DNA of 63,589 bases, filler included, from Octopus bimaculoides (GCF_001194135.2; 5 parts of 5 records of this genome joined end to end with filler, not necessarily neighbours in it), one strand, 5' to 3'; shown: positions 35,028-49,639, counted from the first letter of the whole stretch. The notes: generated by a model from the letters alone, not told the origin. Numbers and translations are program-made.

Positions 35028-35240
35028 AAATTGAATATTAATTCAATTTAAAACCAAGTGGCCTAGCATATAAAAAAATCTGAAAATTCAGACAAAATTG
35101 TATTACACATGTATAAGGGATGACCACAAGGTGGACATCCAATATGCTAGAAAGAGGTCGGAGAACATTATTTTTTCTTTGTGGTTGAGTCGTTGATGAC
35201 CTCTTTCTAGCATATTGGATGTCCACCTAGTGGTCATCCC
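35028..35240. mobile_element. Penelope-like repeat fragment with internal inversion
   Basis: 35028-35158 matches 59003-59146. 35160-35236 is the reverse complement of ~59095-59182, which creates a ~48-bp inverted repeat. Confidence 0.75.
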
Positions 35241-35859
35241 TTATACACGTATATATATATATATNNNNNNNNNNNNNNNNNNNNNNNNNNNNNNNNNNNN
35301 NNNNNNNNNNNNNNNNNNNNNNNNNNNNNNNNNNNNNNNNNNNNNNNNNNNNNNNNNNNNNNNNNNNNNNNNNNNNNNNNNNNNNNNNNNNNNNNNNNNN
35401 NNNNNNNNNNNNNNNNNNNNNNNNNNNNNNNNNNNNNNNNNNNNNNNNNNNNNNNNNNNNNNNNNNNNNNNNNNNNNNNNNNNNNNNNNNNNNNNNNNNN
35501 NNNNNNNNNNNNNNNNNNNNNNNNNNNNNNNNNNNNNNNNNNNNNNNNNNNNNNNNNNNNNNNNNNNNNNNNNNNNNNNNNNNNNNNNNNNNNNNNNNNN
35601 NNNNNNNNNNNNNNNNNNNNNNNNNNNNNNNNNNNNNNNNNNNNNNNNNNNNNNNNNNNNNNNNNNNNNNNNNNNNNNNNNNNNNNNNNNNNNNNNNNNN
35701 NNNNNNNNNNNNNNNNNNNNNNNNNNNNNNNNNNNNNNNNNNNNNNNNNNNNNNNNNNNNNNNNNNNNNNNNNNNNNNNNNNNNNNNNNNNNNNNNNNNN
35801 NNNNNNNNNNNNNNNNNNNNNNNNNNNNNNNNNNNNNNNNNNNNNNNNNNNNNNNNNNN

Positions 35860-36197
35860 TGCAAGACTCCTGATGTGAAATCATGTGTTGAAACAGATAT
35901 TGTTGTATTTCGAGATGGTCATTTTTTTCTTTTTTGCCAAATAAACACATGCACTATGTATTTGTTCTTCATTCGTTTATTACTGTTCTTATTCTAACTC
36001 TTGCTCCAATGAAGTGGAGCACGAGCACACACGAAGACGGAAAGTGTCACTGAAGAGGTCACAGGTGTGTGACAAAAGATTTCTGGACAATGGACATGAG
36101 TTAGAATAAGAACAGTAATAAACGAGTGAAGAACAAATAATATACAGTGCGTGTGTTTATTTGGCAAAAAAGAAAAAAATGACCGTCCCGAAATACA

Positions 36198-36200
<3 letters not shown>
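35860..36200 (+). mobile_element. Non-autonomous element with ~105-bp inverted arms and a central degenerate hammerhead-like motif
   Basis: 35897-36002 is the approximate reverse complement of 36093-36200. A second copy lies at 38855-39140. Confidence 0.7.
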
Positions 36201-36228
<28 letters not shown>

Positions 36229-36584
36229 TGTATGTATCTACATGCAGTGGGTGAGAGAGAGTGTGAGACAGAGACAGAAAGAAAGAAAGAAAGAAAGAAA
36301 GAGTAACTAAACCATATAATTATTTTTTATATTACCGGCCGAAAATGTATAAAACCAATTCGTTAGTAAATATAAAACAGCGATTTTTTTTTGTCTTCTT
36401 TATATTTCCTTGTTTTTGCCTTAAAAAATTGGTGAGTTGGGAGGAGCAGTGAGATATTAATGGAGGAGAACAGGAAAGAGAAAATCAGAGGGAAAGTGGA
36501 ATAGAGACGGAGAAGAAGATGTGCACATGAAAAGAGAGTGGTGGATATATAAAGGCCCGAAATTTAGAGGAGGGAGGGCTATTG

Positions 36585-37142
36585 GGTACTTATTTCATCA
36601 CTTCGAAAGGATGAAAGTCAAGGTCGACCTCGGCGGAATTTGAACTCAGAACGTAAAAACGGATGAAATGCTGCTAAGCATTTTGTCCAGTGTGCTAACG
36701 ATTCTGCCAGCTCGCTGCGTTGGGTGTGCGTGTGTGGTGTGTGGTTGTAAGTTATNNNNNNNNNNCTCTAGGCACAAGGCCCAAAATTTTGGGGGAGGGG
36801 GCCAGTCGATTAGATCGATCGAGTACGCAACTGGTACTTAATTTATCGACCCCGAAAGGATGAAGGGTAAAGTCGACCTCGGTGGAATTTGAACTCGGAA
36901 TGTAAAGGCAGACGAAATACCGCTAAGCATTTCGCCCGGTTTGCTAACGTTTCTTATTTCTTTATTGCCCACAAGGGGCTGAACATAGAGGGGACAAACA
37001 AGGATAGACAGAGGGATTAAGTCAATTACGTAAGTGAAAGGCAAAGTCGACTTCGGCGGAATTTGAACTCAAACCGTAGCGGCAAACGAAATTCCGCTAA
37101 GCATTTCGCCCGGCGTGCTAACGTTTCTGCCAGCTCGCTGCC
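36585..37142 (-). mobile_element. Cluster of SINE family C copies and fragments
   Basis: The reverse complement of the family C head (CTGCCAGCTCG) and core (GATGAAAGG..AAAGTCGAC) recurs three times. Confidence 0.8.
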
Positions 37143-37211
37143 TTATATATTTATATATTAGAGAAGTTAACCCAGGAGGTTATGAAATAGTGTGATGTAC
37201 TTACATACAGA

Positions 37212-37252
<41 letters not shown>

Positions 37253-38854
37253 GGGTAACAGTGAATGATGTTCATGTTCATTTTTATTACTCCTTCCTAT
37301 TAGCAGCATTAATAGGTCGAATAATAATTTATATGACGTTAACTTTTGTGAGTTAAACATAACTTGTTTTGCATTATCACAGCAACATTTTTAAGTGTTT
37401 CATATAGCTCTGATAGAAACATAGAAGTGTCATTTATTTTCTCGATGAGAAAGAGAGGTATTTTTTCTGTACAAAAAAAAAAAAAAATCACTGATGTTTA
37501 AAATATCGGATTCCGAAGGCTGTTTTGAAAATAGCTACTGATATATGTACAGCTGTAGCAACAACTGTTTGTCGCAACATACTTCTTGAACGATCTCCAT
37601 TGCGGATATTAATTCTGGTCGGAGTGACTTCTGTGTTTCACGTGCAGAAAGACCGCACTTGTAAACCTCACCGCTTGACAACTTGCGTTGGTTTGTTTAC
37701 GTTTATCAAACTTAACGGTTCGGCAAAATAAGAATAAGTACCAGACTTAAGAAATTTTACTAGGGTCAATTTGTTCGACTAAGCCCTTCAAAGCGGTGCA
37801 CCAGCATGACCGTATTCCAATGACTGAGATCGGTAAAAGATAAAGATAACGGGTGAAAGAAGATATTTTTCCTTATAATAAACACAGAGGACTTCAAAAA
37901 TGTTTTGATTATGTTACCTTTCTTACGATACTTGAAAAATATTCTTTAATCCAAGCATATGAGTTCCATACTGGTTGAGCTAAACTAATAATTTCTTACA
38001 TGGTTGCAAAGACGGGTATTTGTTCAGAAAGCAACAATTGATTATATTAGATCTTTCTACCTAAGCACAAGCTCTGAAATTTGGTGTGGGGTACTAGCCG
38101 ATTAGATCGGTGGCAATGCTGAACTGTTACTTAATTTAAACTCAGAACGTAAGGGCTGAAGAAATGTTGCTAAACATTTTGTCCTGCTCCTTAATATTCC
38201 TAATATTCCTTAATATTCTGTCAGCTCACCACATTTTTAATTATTTTAAATAAATCCCCAGTAAAAAAAGGTAAAGATCTCCTTCGGTGATTAATGACCA
38301 TGGGATTGCACTTAGAAAATTACCCTCCAAGGCACAAGTCCGGGCAAGGTTGTTTATGGAAGACCAGTAGTCGCCCATGCATATCAGGCTCCCCTCTTCA
38401 CGCCACCTCTATAATCCAAGGAAAAAGGCAAAAGCCGATAGATTGGCACCAGTGATGTCGCAAATCAATTCTACAGCTGAATGAACTGAAGCAAAGTGAA
38501 ATAAAGTGTCTTGCTCAAGAACGAAACCCGGTCCGGGAATCGAACTCACTATTGTATGATTTTGAGCCTGATTTTCTAACCACTGAGCCCGTACTTGACA
38601 AGTATTTATATAATCGACCCCGAAAGGCAAAATCGAACCCGATCGGTTTTGAATCCAAAACGTAAAATGCTGGAGCAAATACAACAAACCATTTAGCCTG
38701 ATGCTTTACCATTTCTGCCACCTCCATTACCAAATCCACCTCTAATCCCAACTCCCCCTCACCCTACGGTTAGCCAATTCATAATGATTGCAGATTATTC
38801 AATAATCTAAAACCTTACTAAATTCTACCAAATTAAAACAGACAAATGTATTTT

Positions 38855-39140
38855 TTGCAAGGTTCCTGATGTTAAATCGTGTGTTGAAACAGATATTGTT
38901 ATATTTCAGGATGTCCATTTTTTTTCTTTGACACATCACAGAAAGACACAATGAACTAAACCAGACAGAAGGAGACACATAGGATGGAGAGTCACTGAAG
39001 AGGTCACGGAGTGAGTGGCGAAAGACTTCAGACAAAGGATTTTAAAATAAGAATAATAATAAAGCTGTAGTGAAGAACGAGTATATAGTGCATATGTTTA
39101 TTTGGAAAAAAAAGATGACCGTTCCGAAATATAACAATAA
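38855..39140 (+). mobile_element. Second copy of the inverted-arm element (shorter left arm)
   Basis: Homologous to 35860-36200. Inverted ends are TATTGTTATATTTC... / ...GAAATATAACAATA. Confidence 0.7.
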
Positions 39141-40741
39141 GATAAAGTATTTTTAATATATTTTTTCAAACATAAAAATTCGGGCATATTTATTTTTATC
39201 CTAAATCCCTCTGAAATGCTTAAATTATTCATTACATCTGAAGCTTTAACATCCACGTACTGTTTGTGTTTCACCTCGTATCAGCCTTAGGCAAGTAAAT
39301 CTATAATGAAAGGTTTTGCAGTCTTGCCCATCTCGTCTCTTTGCTTTCAGTCACAATATATAATGACCTCATTATCCAATGTGCCCTTTCATTTATAAGA
39401 CAGCAAGCGTGTTATTTGAGGGAGATTTGCTTACTATTTCTAACATGTTTACATCGTAGAGGTACCCTTATTAGTTTTAAGCCTCATTTGTTTTCTATGG
39501 AGCCGTAATTTCTAGGTCTGTGGAGCAAGTGTTTGTTTTCATACTAAGTAGGCTAAAGCAAACTGTTTTGTTGGAGAGCGTTCTACAATAAAAACACAAC
39601 ACAATAATTTCTTTATAAACAGATGTACATGTGGTGTGTGTGTAGGGGGGCTGGATGTGTTGATGTGCGCGAAAGGAAATTATTTGTTGTTTTATAATTT
39701 TATCCAGCTAGATTTAGTGTAACGAGTAAACTTATCTGTATATATGTCGTTCATTTAACTAATACATTATGTTTCTTTTAAGTTGTTTATTTGTGATAAG
39801 ATAAAATTGTTATAGGCTCCGCTGTGAAAAAAAGAATTCATCAATGATTTTAAAATTTGTTTGGTGCTATTGATTAAGACAATAAGGTGGCAAGTTTGCA
39901 AAATCTGTTGAGAGTCGGACAAAATGCATTGCAGGATTTTGTAAAGACAATTTACGTTTTCAGTTTAAAACATTCGGAAATCAACTTTGCATTTCATCCT
40001 TCGGGATTCAGTGTAATATACCCCCATGGGGGCCTTCTGCAATTGTGGGTGATATATTAAGACAGTATTAGTACACAAGACATATAACCATTTTTTGTTT
40101 TGTTTTGAGCACACCTATAAACTCCTTATTTATTCATTCAATATTCTATTACGAAAGCAAATTCCGCCGAGGTCGTCTTTGCCTTTCATCCTTTTGGATT
40201 TGATAAAATAAGTATCAGTTGAGTACTAAGGTCAATTAAATCGACTTATTCCTCATCCAAACTTTCGAGCCTAGTGCCAAAATTTGAAATCAGTTCTCTA
40301 TTACGAAAGACTTCAAGAGCGTTTAACGGTTCCAGTAGAGCAACACTTTTGACGCGGTATCGTATACTGAATGTAATACAAATTACTCCGCCAAGTTATT
40401 GTCAGAGGTTTCTAATTTGAATCCCACTTGAACTGAAGCTGTTCTGACATTTCGGCACAAATCATAACAAGCAAGCCCAACAACAATAATTCGCTTATAA
40501 CATCTATGTGAGCACTTACCAACACACACAAAACCAATTGTTTAGGGTAAATGGAACATAAGAATAGAAACTTCATCGCGCTAACTTTAACCTGAGGTTC
40601 GCCATCCGCAGAATTTACACAAACGCTTGCAGCGAATAAAGTTAATGTAGATAATTACAATAATTTTATTGAATGTATGTACATCTATGCTTGTATATAT
40701 CTTATGTGAATACACACATACACCTGAATTTATATACCAAT

Positions 40742-40780
<39 letters not shown>

Positions 40781-40880
40781 NNNNNNNNNNNNNNNNNNNN
40801 NNNNNNNNNNNNNNNNNNNNNNNNTTAATTAATTAANNNNNNNNNNNNNNNNNNNNNNNNNNNNNNNNNNNNNNNNNNNN
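40781..40880. other. Assembly scaffold-join spacer
   Basis: 44 N + TTAATTAATTAA (40825-40836) + 44 N. Confidence 0.92.
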
Positions 40881-41065
40881 TTTGACATCACATGATGGTT
40901 GCAAACATGCATGAATGCCATACGAGCGATGTCATTTGTTGTTTCGTTTCCAGGCTTCTGTAGAAAAAGAACTTACCTGATCCAGCCATGCAAAAGTATT
41001 ACCTTGCTTGGAAACAGGTGAGGTTGTCCACTAGACACATGCAAGCATGGAAGGGTGGACATCAA

Positions 41066-41245
41066 ATGACGACGCTGACCGTGATGATGATGGTGATGCA
41101 GATGGTTATGATGATGATGAAGGTGAGGATGATGATGATGACAATGATGGTGGTGGTGATGATGATGCTGATGACGACGGTGATGACGATGATGATGATA
41201 ATGGTGACAAGGACGACAACAATAATGACGATAACGATGATTTAC
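41066..41245 (+). repeat. Degenerate (GAT/GAC/GGT)n trinucleotide tract
   Basis: Directly visible. It produces spurious poly-D/M/H ORFs. Confidence 0.9.
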
Positions 41246-41646
41246 AAATGTGACAAGGAGTACGAAATACATACAGCAGGGTATATATCGTCAAAGGTGG
41301 TGATTCACGGCTGTACTAAACCGCATAATAACACAGTGAATTACCTGCTTCATACGAAAGTTCCACATGCAAGTACGTCTTTATGTGTGTGTGTGTGTGT
41401 GTGTGTGTTAATCCAGGGAACATAGGAGATTTTCGTTAATGAGGATCTCGAACTAAGCTGCTAATTTGTACTCATTAACGATATTGGAAGACCATCATTA
41501 CAGGTGGTCTAATTAGTATGACTGTCTTTATCACCAAATGGCTTGGTTGACGACAATGTAAAACCAGTGATTACCAAATATACATACACACATATATATA
41601 TATATATATACATACATACACAAACACAAATATATGTATATATATA

Positions 41647-41684
<38 letters not shown>

Positions 41685-42970
41685 CTTACATGTATATACA
41701 CATGCATATGTAAACATATATGAACTCAAACATACACACACACACACATATATATATATGTGCAGAAACATATATACATATATATATATACATAGAAACA
41801 GATATAATATACATATATATATACGCACAAAAACACACACATAGAAAAACATACATATAAACAAAAACACATATGTATATATATATATATACATACACAC
41901 AGAGTCTTTCTCTCATACACACCCACTCACACATATACTGATAGAAAAACACAGACATATAAACAAAAACACATTTGTATACACACACACACACATACTC
42001 TCTCTTTCTCTCATACACACCCACTCACACATAGATTTAAACATATTTTTGACAAATATATGTCAACAAGTTTTGCTGTAAGCAGAACCTAGTTTTGCAG
42101 AGCACAGTTCTTTGAGCTTCATACAAAGGACAGCCGCTGCCGCCGCCGCCACNNNNNNNNNNNNNNNNNNNNNNNNNNNNNNNNNNNNNNNNNNNNNNNN
42201 NNNNNNNNNNNNNNNNNNNNNNNNNNNNNNNNNNNNNNNNNNNNNNNNNNNNNNNNNNNNNNNNNNNNNNNNNNNNNNNNNNNNNNNNNNNNNNNNNNNN
42301 NNNNNNNNNNNNNNNNNNNNNNNNNNNNNNNNNNNNNNNNNNNNNNNNNNNNNNNNNNNNNNNNNNNNNNNNNNNNNNNNNNNNNNNNNNNNNNNNNNNN
42401 NNNNNNNNNNNNNNNNNNNNNNNNNNNNNNNNNNNNNNNNNNNNNNNNNNNNNNNNNNNNNNNNNNNNNNNNNNNNNNNNNNNNNNNNNNNNNNNNNNNN
42501 NNNNNNNNNNNNNNNNNNNNNNNNNNNNNNNNNNNNNNNNNNNNNNNNNNNNNNNNNNNNNNNNNNNNNNNNNNNNNNNNNNNNNNNNNNNNNNNNNNNN
42601 NNNNNNNNNNNNNNNNNNNNNNATATGTGTGTGTGTGTGTGTAGGTGTATGTATGGCTGTGAGGTTAAGATCATGTAGGAGGCCATGTGGTATCAGGCTC
42701 AGTCACAATGAGCTGCACCTTGACGACATGTCTTCTACTACAGCCCCAGACAATTCCTTATGAGTGAATGAATTTGGTTGATGGAAACTTGTGGAAGCTT
42801 GTCACATCATCATCATCATTGTTTAACATCCGTTTTCCATGCTGGCATGGGATGTACGGTCTGACTGGGGACTGGCAAGCCAGGAGGCCGAACTAGGCTC
42901 CAATCTGATCTGGCAAGGTTTCTACAGCTGGATGCCCTTCCAAACACCAACCACTGCAAGAGTGTAGTGG

Positions 42971-43011
<41 letters not shown>

Positions 43012-43054
43012 GTACTCCAACATGACCACAGATGCATGGCTGAAAAGAGTAAAT

Positions 43055-43441
43055 GAGTGTGGCTGTGTGGTAAGAAGCTTGCTTCTCAAACCACATGGTT
43101 CCTGGTTCAGTCCCACTGTGTAGCACTTTGGGCAATTGTCTTCTACTATAGTCTTGGGCTGATGAAAGCCTTGCGAGTGGATTTGGTAGACTGAAAATAA
43201 AAGAAGCCTGTTCTATATATATATGTGTTTATGTCTGTGTTTGTAACCCCACCATCGCTTGACAACCGATGTTGGTGTGTTTACGTCCCCTTAACTTAGC
43301 GGTTCGGCAAAGAGACCCATAGAATAAGTACTAGGCTTAAGAAAAAATAAGCACGGGGGAGGGGGGGTTCGTTTGACAAAAGATTCTTCAAGGTGGTGCC
43401 CCAGCATGGCCACAATCTAATGACTGAAACAAATAAAAGAT
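43055..43441 (+). mobile_element. SINE family A, near full length
   Basis: Collinear with 54971-55350. Confidence 0.85.
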
Positions 43442-43478
43442 ATACTTACGTACATACATACATGTAAATATCTATATC

Positions 43479-43515
<37 letters not shown>

Positions 43516-43543
43516 GTATGTATGTATGTATGCATATGTATAA

Positions 43544-43597
<54 letters not shown>

Positions 43598-43834
43598 ATG
43601 TATATATATATCTCTGTATATTTCTCTGAATATATATATATATTATATATATNNNNNNNNNNNNNNNNNNNNNNNNNNNNNNNNNNNNNNNNNNNNNNNN
43701 NNNNNNNNNNNNNNNNNNNNNNNNNNNNNNNNNNNNNNNNNNNNNNNNNNNNNNNNNNNNNNNNNNNNNNNNNNNNNNNNNNNNNNNNNNNNNNNNNNNN
43801 NNNNNNNNNNNNNNNNNNNNNNNNNNNNNNNNNN

Positions 43835-43880
<46 letters not shown>

Positions 43881-45139
43881 ATGCTTAACTATACAAATCA
43901 TACCAGTATGGACAACATGACAGTGAATGATGTGGATTATACACACACACACACACACACAAACATACATACAAATACACACACATACATAGGTGTGTGT
44001 GTGTGTGTGCGTGTACATGATGTTCCTTCATTAGCTTGTGAACGTATGTACAATTCTAATGCATTTTGAAGCTTAATCACTGCTGGCCCCTCACACTTCT
44101 GATGGACATTGGCTACAATACAACATATTTATATTCTGATGTGGATTATTCCTATAATCACTGTTGTCAGCAGTCACATAACCGAATGGCTCTTTACTAA
44201 CAACAATGTCTCAAAGGACAACTTGAAAATACATGCGTCACTCAATACAGAACAACATGATGCAACAAGAAAGCCTATATGTGTCATTCCACTTGCTAGA
44301 AATAGCAGTCAAATTGTCCTCAAACTAAACCAGAAAGTTTATTGTCTTCATTATTGTTTTTGGAAAAGGATATGTTAAATGATGTGATCAGGGGTACACT
44401 GTTCCCAAACCCTTAAAGTGCAGGGTAGTCATGATAGGGTCTGCTTAATAAGGATTGACTTGGGGCTAGGGGCTAAAGAACAACAGCAGTGCCATACAAA
44501 TCGAAGACATACAAATTACTTTAACATCAGAGGAACCAACAACATTATATCAGGCAAACATGCTAGAACCAGTAGCCAAATGTCCTTCAAATTACACTAT
44601 CTTGTATTCAAAAGCATCAGACATTGGAATCAAATAATATAGTTCTAGGTATGTGAAGACAATACCTAAGAACTGGATGGAACAGTCAAAGCTAGAATTC
44701 ATTTGAGGTTGATTTGCTTGACAGAAACTCCAGCATGGCCAGTGAAATGACTAAAACTATTGAAGATAAAAAGCACCAAGAACAGACACTTTGCTGTATT
44801 TTTTTCTTTCATACATTTATCTCAGACATTCTTTGGTACATATATTATACTAATAGTACGCCTATTGCCCAACCTACATGCACTACTCCTTCATTTGAAT
44901 ATTTTGGACTAGGGGTGCTTCACGCATTCCTTCATTCTGAGTTCAAATTCCGCTGAGGTCAACACTGCCTTTCCTTTTGTCAGTGTCAATAAATTAAGCA
45001 AAAGTGAAATTCTGGGGTCGAGGTACTCGACTAGTCAGATAAGAAATTTCATCCTTTCAACCTCGTTCATGTACTCCTGTTTCTGCGTAGATAATAATCC
45101 TACTCCCCACCCCCACAAGCGCGGTCGTTGCCAGTACCA

Positions 45140-45322
45140 CCAGACTAGCTCTCGTGCCGGTTGCACGTAAAAGCACCCACTACACTCTCGGAGTGGTTGG
45201 CGTTCGGAAGGGCATCCAGATCAGATTGGAGCCTGGTGCAGCCATCTGGTTTCACCAGTCCTCAGTCAAATCGTCCAACCCATGCTAGCATGGAAAGCGG
45301 ACGTTAAACGATGATGATGATG
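45140..45322 (+). mobile_element. RTE-tail repeat (family D), internally deleted, with (GAT)n tail
   Basis: Reverse complement of the 14418/14776 copies, ending ACGTTAAACGATGATGATGAT. Confidence 0.8.
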
Positions 45323-45329
45323 ACTATTA

Positions 45330-45370
<41 letters not shown>

Positions 45371-46011
45371 TGCTGTTTCTTGTTACCAGAGCAATGCAAT
45401 CACCTCGAATTCTTCGCTATGTCTATTAGCGTGTCTTAATTATCGACAAGTTGGGTGGCAGCTTCTGCTGGGCCTTCGTCATCCGTCTCTTGATGTCAAT
45501 GGTTATCATTATTGAGAGATTATTAGAGACGACGTCATCGCCGCCACCATCGCTGCCACTGTCGTCGTCGTCGTCATCGTCGTGTTGTCATCATTGTGCT
45601 GCTGCTATCGCTGCTGCTGTTGCTCATCAAAATGTAATCAACAGTTCCTTACACTTATCTCTCTCTTTGGTAATCAACTCTGTAAACTGAATCAACAACA
45701 TCAAGGAAACAAAAGACACGTGCACACACACACACGCACACATGTACATTTGTGCAAGTGTGTGCTTGTGTGTGTGTGTGTAATGAGGAACGACACACAG
45801 CTAAAATAATGCAAAGGAATCTCTTTTTCTTAACCAAGTGAAATGTGATGATATGCGATGATAAAAGAAACAATACAACAACAAAAGAGAAAAAAAACAA
45901 AACAAAACATAACGAAGAAGAAATCAGAATGCAAAAATATTAAAAAGAAACAAAAATGCATGAACACATGCACACACACATATACACACATATATATACA
46001 TACACACACAA

Positions 46012-46069
<58 letters not shown>

Positions 46070-47809
46070 GCATATATATATTGACATACACACATGTACA
46101 TCTATATCTATATATATATATACATACACACAGATACACGCACACATATATATACATACATGTGTAAATATATATATACACACATATATACACATATATA
46201 CATACACACACACACATATATATACATATGTACATACACATGCATGAAAAAAAGCACAAACACTAAGAAGGCCTCAAGAAAGTTTTCATCAATGATGTTG
46301 ATGATGATGATGATGATGTTGATGATGATGATGATGATGGCTTTTGAATCTTTTTTGTTTTTTTTACTTTTGTCGTGTTTTTTTTTGGAGGGTGGAGAGT
46401 GGAAAGAATGACAGAGGGGTGGGGGCGCGTAGCAGGGTGGAAATATTCATCCCATGTTTAATGCATTAACAGGAATAAATCCAAAAAAAAAAGAAATTAC
46501 AAAAATTAAAAAAAAAAAAGGAACAAAAATAATAAATAAATAAACGAAGGACACAAATATAATAAAATAAATGAAACGAAATGATCAAGACCAATGGAAG
46601 AAGAAGAAGAAGATCAAGAGGAAGACGAAGAGAGAAAGATGTGGGTTTTTTTTTTTTGTCTTCGGAGTAATGAGCAACATATTTTCAACATGTGGGTGAA
46701 TAATAAATATCTGCTCATTTGTGGTGCAACATAAGCTTTCATCAAATTAATGCCACACACACACACACATACACAAGTGTAGCATTAAATTAGTGCAGTA
46801 TTGCATGGCTAGTGCCAAATTAGAGGGAATTAGGGAGAAAGACAGAAGAAAGGAAGAAGAGAGAGACAGATAGAAAGGGAAAGAGAGAGGTCATTATTAT
46901 CATGTAAACAGAACCACCACCACCACCACCACCACTAACACCACCACCGCCACGACGACGATGACGACCACCACTAACACCACCACCACAACGACAACGA
47001 CGACGACCACCACCACTGCTGCCGCTGTCCCCATCTCCCTTGTTTCGTCTTCTCTTCTTTATAGCTGTTGTTGGTTTTGTTGCAGCTGGAGTCCTCTTTG
47101 TCCCCAGGCCATATCTGACCGAGAAGGCATCCACCAAGAGGTTCCATTTGTGACCATCATGTCCCTACCATCTCCTTGCATATCAACTGTCCAAACCACA
47201 GCTCTGTTTACTTAAGAAAACGGTGTCTAATAATCTAAAGCAGATTTGGTTAGTTGTTATTTCTAGTAGGTCAATTATAGAGATATGTGGCTTAGATGGT
47301 TACGGTGTTGCATTCCTAATAGTAAGATTGTGGTTTCAAATCCTGGACTGGGCAATGCATTGTGTTCTTGAGTAAAACACTTAATTTCACATTACTCCAT
47401 TTCATTCACCCGGCAATGGTGAGTAACCCTATGACAGACTGGTGACCTATCCAGGGGGAATATATATGCCATGGAATCCAAGAAATCAACTGTATGAGCC
47501 TATGGCTTGATGATTGCTAGTCAGTAAAATTTCTCGGAAACTGAGGTAGTTTAGTTGTTAGTTGTTTTTGTTGTTGTTATTTAACCCTAGGTCAGCCATT
47601 GACACAACACACCTATGATCATATGTGTTGCAGTTGTGCTCATCACATCTTATTATTTTTTTCCTGCCAAATGAAATCGTAGTTGTGGCCAATGCTGGTG
47701 TTATGTAAATGGCACCTGTGTCGGTGACATGTAAATGCACCTTTTGAGTGTTGGGCTTCATGAAGGCTATGTGGCCGATGCCGGTGGCACATAACCAGCA
47801 CATATATGC

Positions 47810-47958
47810 GACAGGCTTCTTTCAGTTTCCGTCTACCAAATCCACTCACAAGGCTTTGATCGGCCCGAGGCTATAGTAGAAGACACTTGGCCAAGGTGCC
47901 ACGCAGTGGGATTGAACCCGGAACCATGTAGTTCGCAAGCAAGCTACTTACCACACAA
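47810..47958 (-). mobile_element. SINE family A, 5' half
   Basis: Reverse complement of the head of 54971. Confidence 0.8.
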
Positions 47959-49590
47959 GCGATTTAAACTAAAATCTTCCATGAAAATTCCATGTTAATT
48001 TATTTCCCAGTCACCATTTTAGCAATGACAGAGTTATTTCAGTAAATTCTTCAGTATTTCAAGAATTAATTCAAACAAAGGCAGCACATTTGGAGAGGAA
48101 TTTGGTAACAAAACCGGTTTCCAGCAATAACCAGTGAGTCCATCTTAAAGTTAGAATGACAGCCTGGCTTTTTGCCAGTTGTGACAGAATGTTCTAGTTG
48201 ATCCGATCAATAGAACCACCTGCTTATGAAAGTAATATACAAGTGGTTGAGTGCTCCACAGACATGTGTATGTTTAACATAGTTCTTAGGGAGATTCAGA
48301 GTGTGACAAGGCTGGCCCTTTGAATTACAGGTACAACCCATTTTTGCCAAATGAGTGGACTGCAGTGATGAGAAATAAAGAGACTTGCTCAAGGACACAT
48401 CACGTTGTGAGGAATCTAACTAAACACACCTTACGGTCGGTCGTGAGCCAAATTGCCCTAACTACTAAGGCACGTGCTTTCACAGACAGGTGAGCAGTCA
48501 TGTAGAGGGGTCACTACCTCTGGCATGGTGGTGGCGTAGTGGCAGCGGGTGATGAGTGTTTTTGTGGTGGCATAGGGAGGTGGGGAAGGGGATTGTGGGG
48601 ATTGTTTGTTACACTGGTGGTAGTGGCGGTGGGGGTGAAGGTTAGTTTGATGATGGTGATGATGATGTTGGCGATTGCTACGTTGATGATGGCTAAGATG
48701 ATGATGATGATGGCGATAGATATGACAACAGTTTGATAATGGCAGTGATAATGGTGATGGTTATGATAGAGATGATGGTGATGATGACAATGATGGTGAT
48801 GATGATGATCGTGATGATGATGATGTTGGTTACGACAAAGAGGAATGAGGAAAATTGTAGTTGTAGTAGTGGTGATGATGATAGCAGTGGTGGTAGTAGT
48901 AGTAGTAGTAGAAGTAGTAGTAGTAGTAGAAGTAATAAATATAAGTAGATCAGGGCAATCTAGTAGAAGAACCAAAATGAAACACTGGAATCGGAAACGA
49001 TGACAACAACAACAACAGCAGCAGCAGCAGCAAGCAAACAGATCCAGTGTGGTGCATGTCAGAGAGGACGCCTTATAGAAACCCTTTAAAAGCAGAACAT
49101 CGATTTAATAGTTGACAAGCCTATCTCCTGCAGTCTGGCAATTCAATAGAGATGCAAGCAGAAGTGAGGTGTCAGTTGTGGGGTTAGATTTCAATACTTA
49201 GCATTAGAGTACTCAGTGGGAGTGGTGGTGGTGGTGGGAGTGGTGGTGGTGAGGAAGGACCTGTCTAAGGAGATAATTGACTGAGATTGGTTAATGGAAA
49301 GGTATAGGAGTGAGTGTGTGTATGTGAGAGAGAGGGAGGGGGAGGGAGAGGAAGGGAAGCAGTCAGACTGTTTAAGGGATGTAGGTGTATATATGCACAG
49401 ATGAATGTACAGGTATGTATATATAACTCAATGACAATGGAATAAAGAGATGAGGGTGAGGGAGAGAGAGAGAGAGAGAGAGTGTGTGTGTGTGTGTGTA
49501 TGTGCATAAGTTTTGCACACACACATATGTATATACACAATCATGTATCGATGTATGTTATATACACATGTACATCTCTCTCTCTCTCTC

Positions 49591-49639
<49 letters not shown>

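Noticed and set aside
40975-40983. Perfect minus-strand donor CAG|GTAAGT
   Set aside because: The upstream sequence is a family D-related repeat fragment and a trinucleotide tract, with no credible exon.
40973-41425. Poly-His/Asp/Met ORFs, and the many [16 protein letters not shown] ORFs elsewhere
   Set aside because: These are translations of (GAT)n, (TA)n, (CA)n and (GA)n microsatellites with no domain signal or splice context.
41419-41555. Three consecutive small hairpins, one SECIS-like (ATGAC...AAA...)
   Set aside because: The 3' GA of the non-Watson-Crick quartet is missing, the stems are short and there is no selenoprotein ORF nearby.
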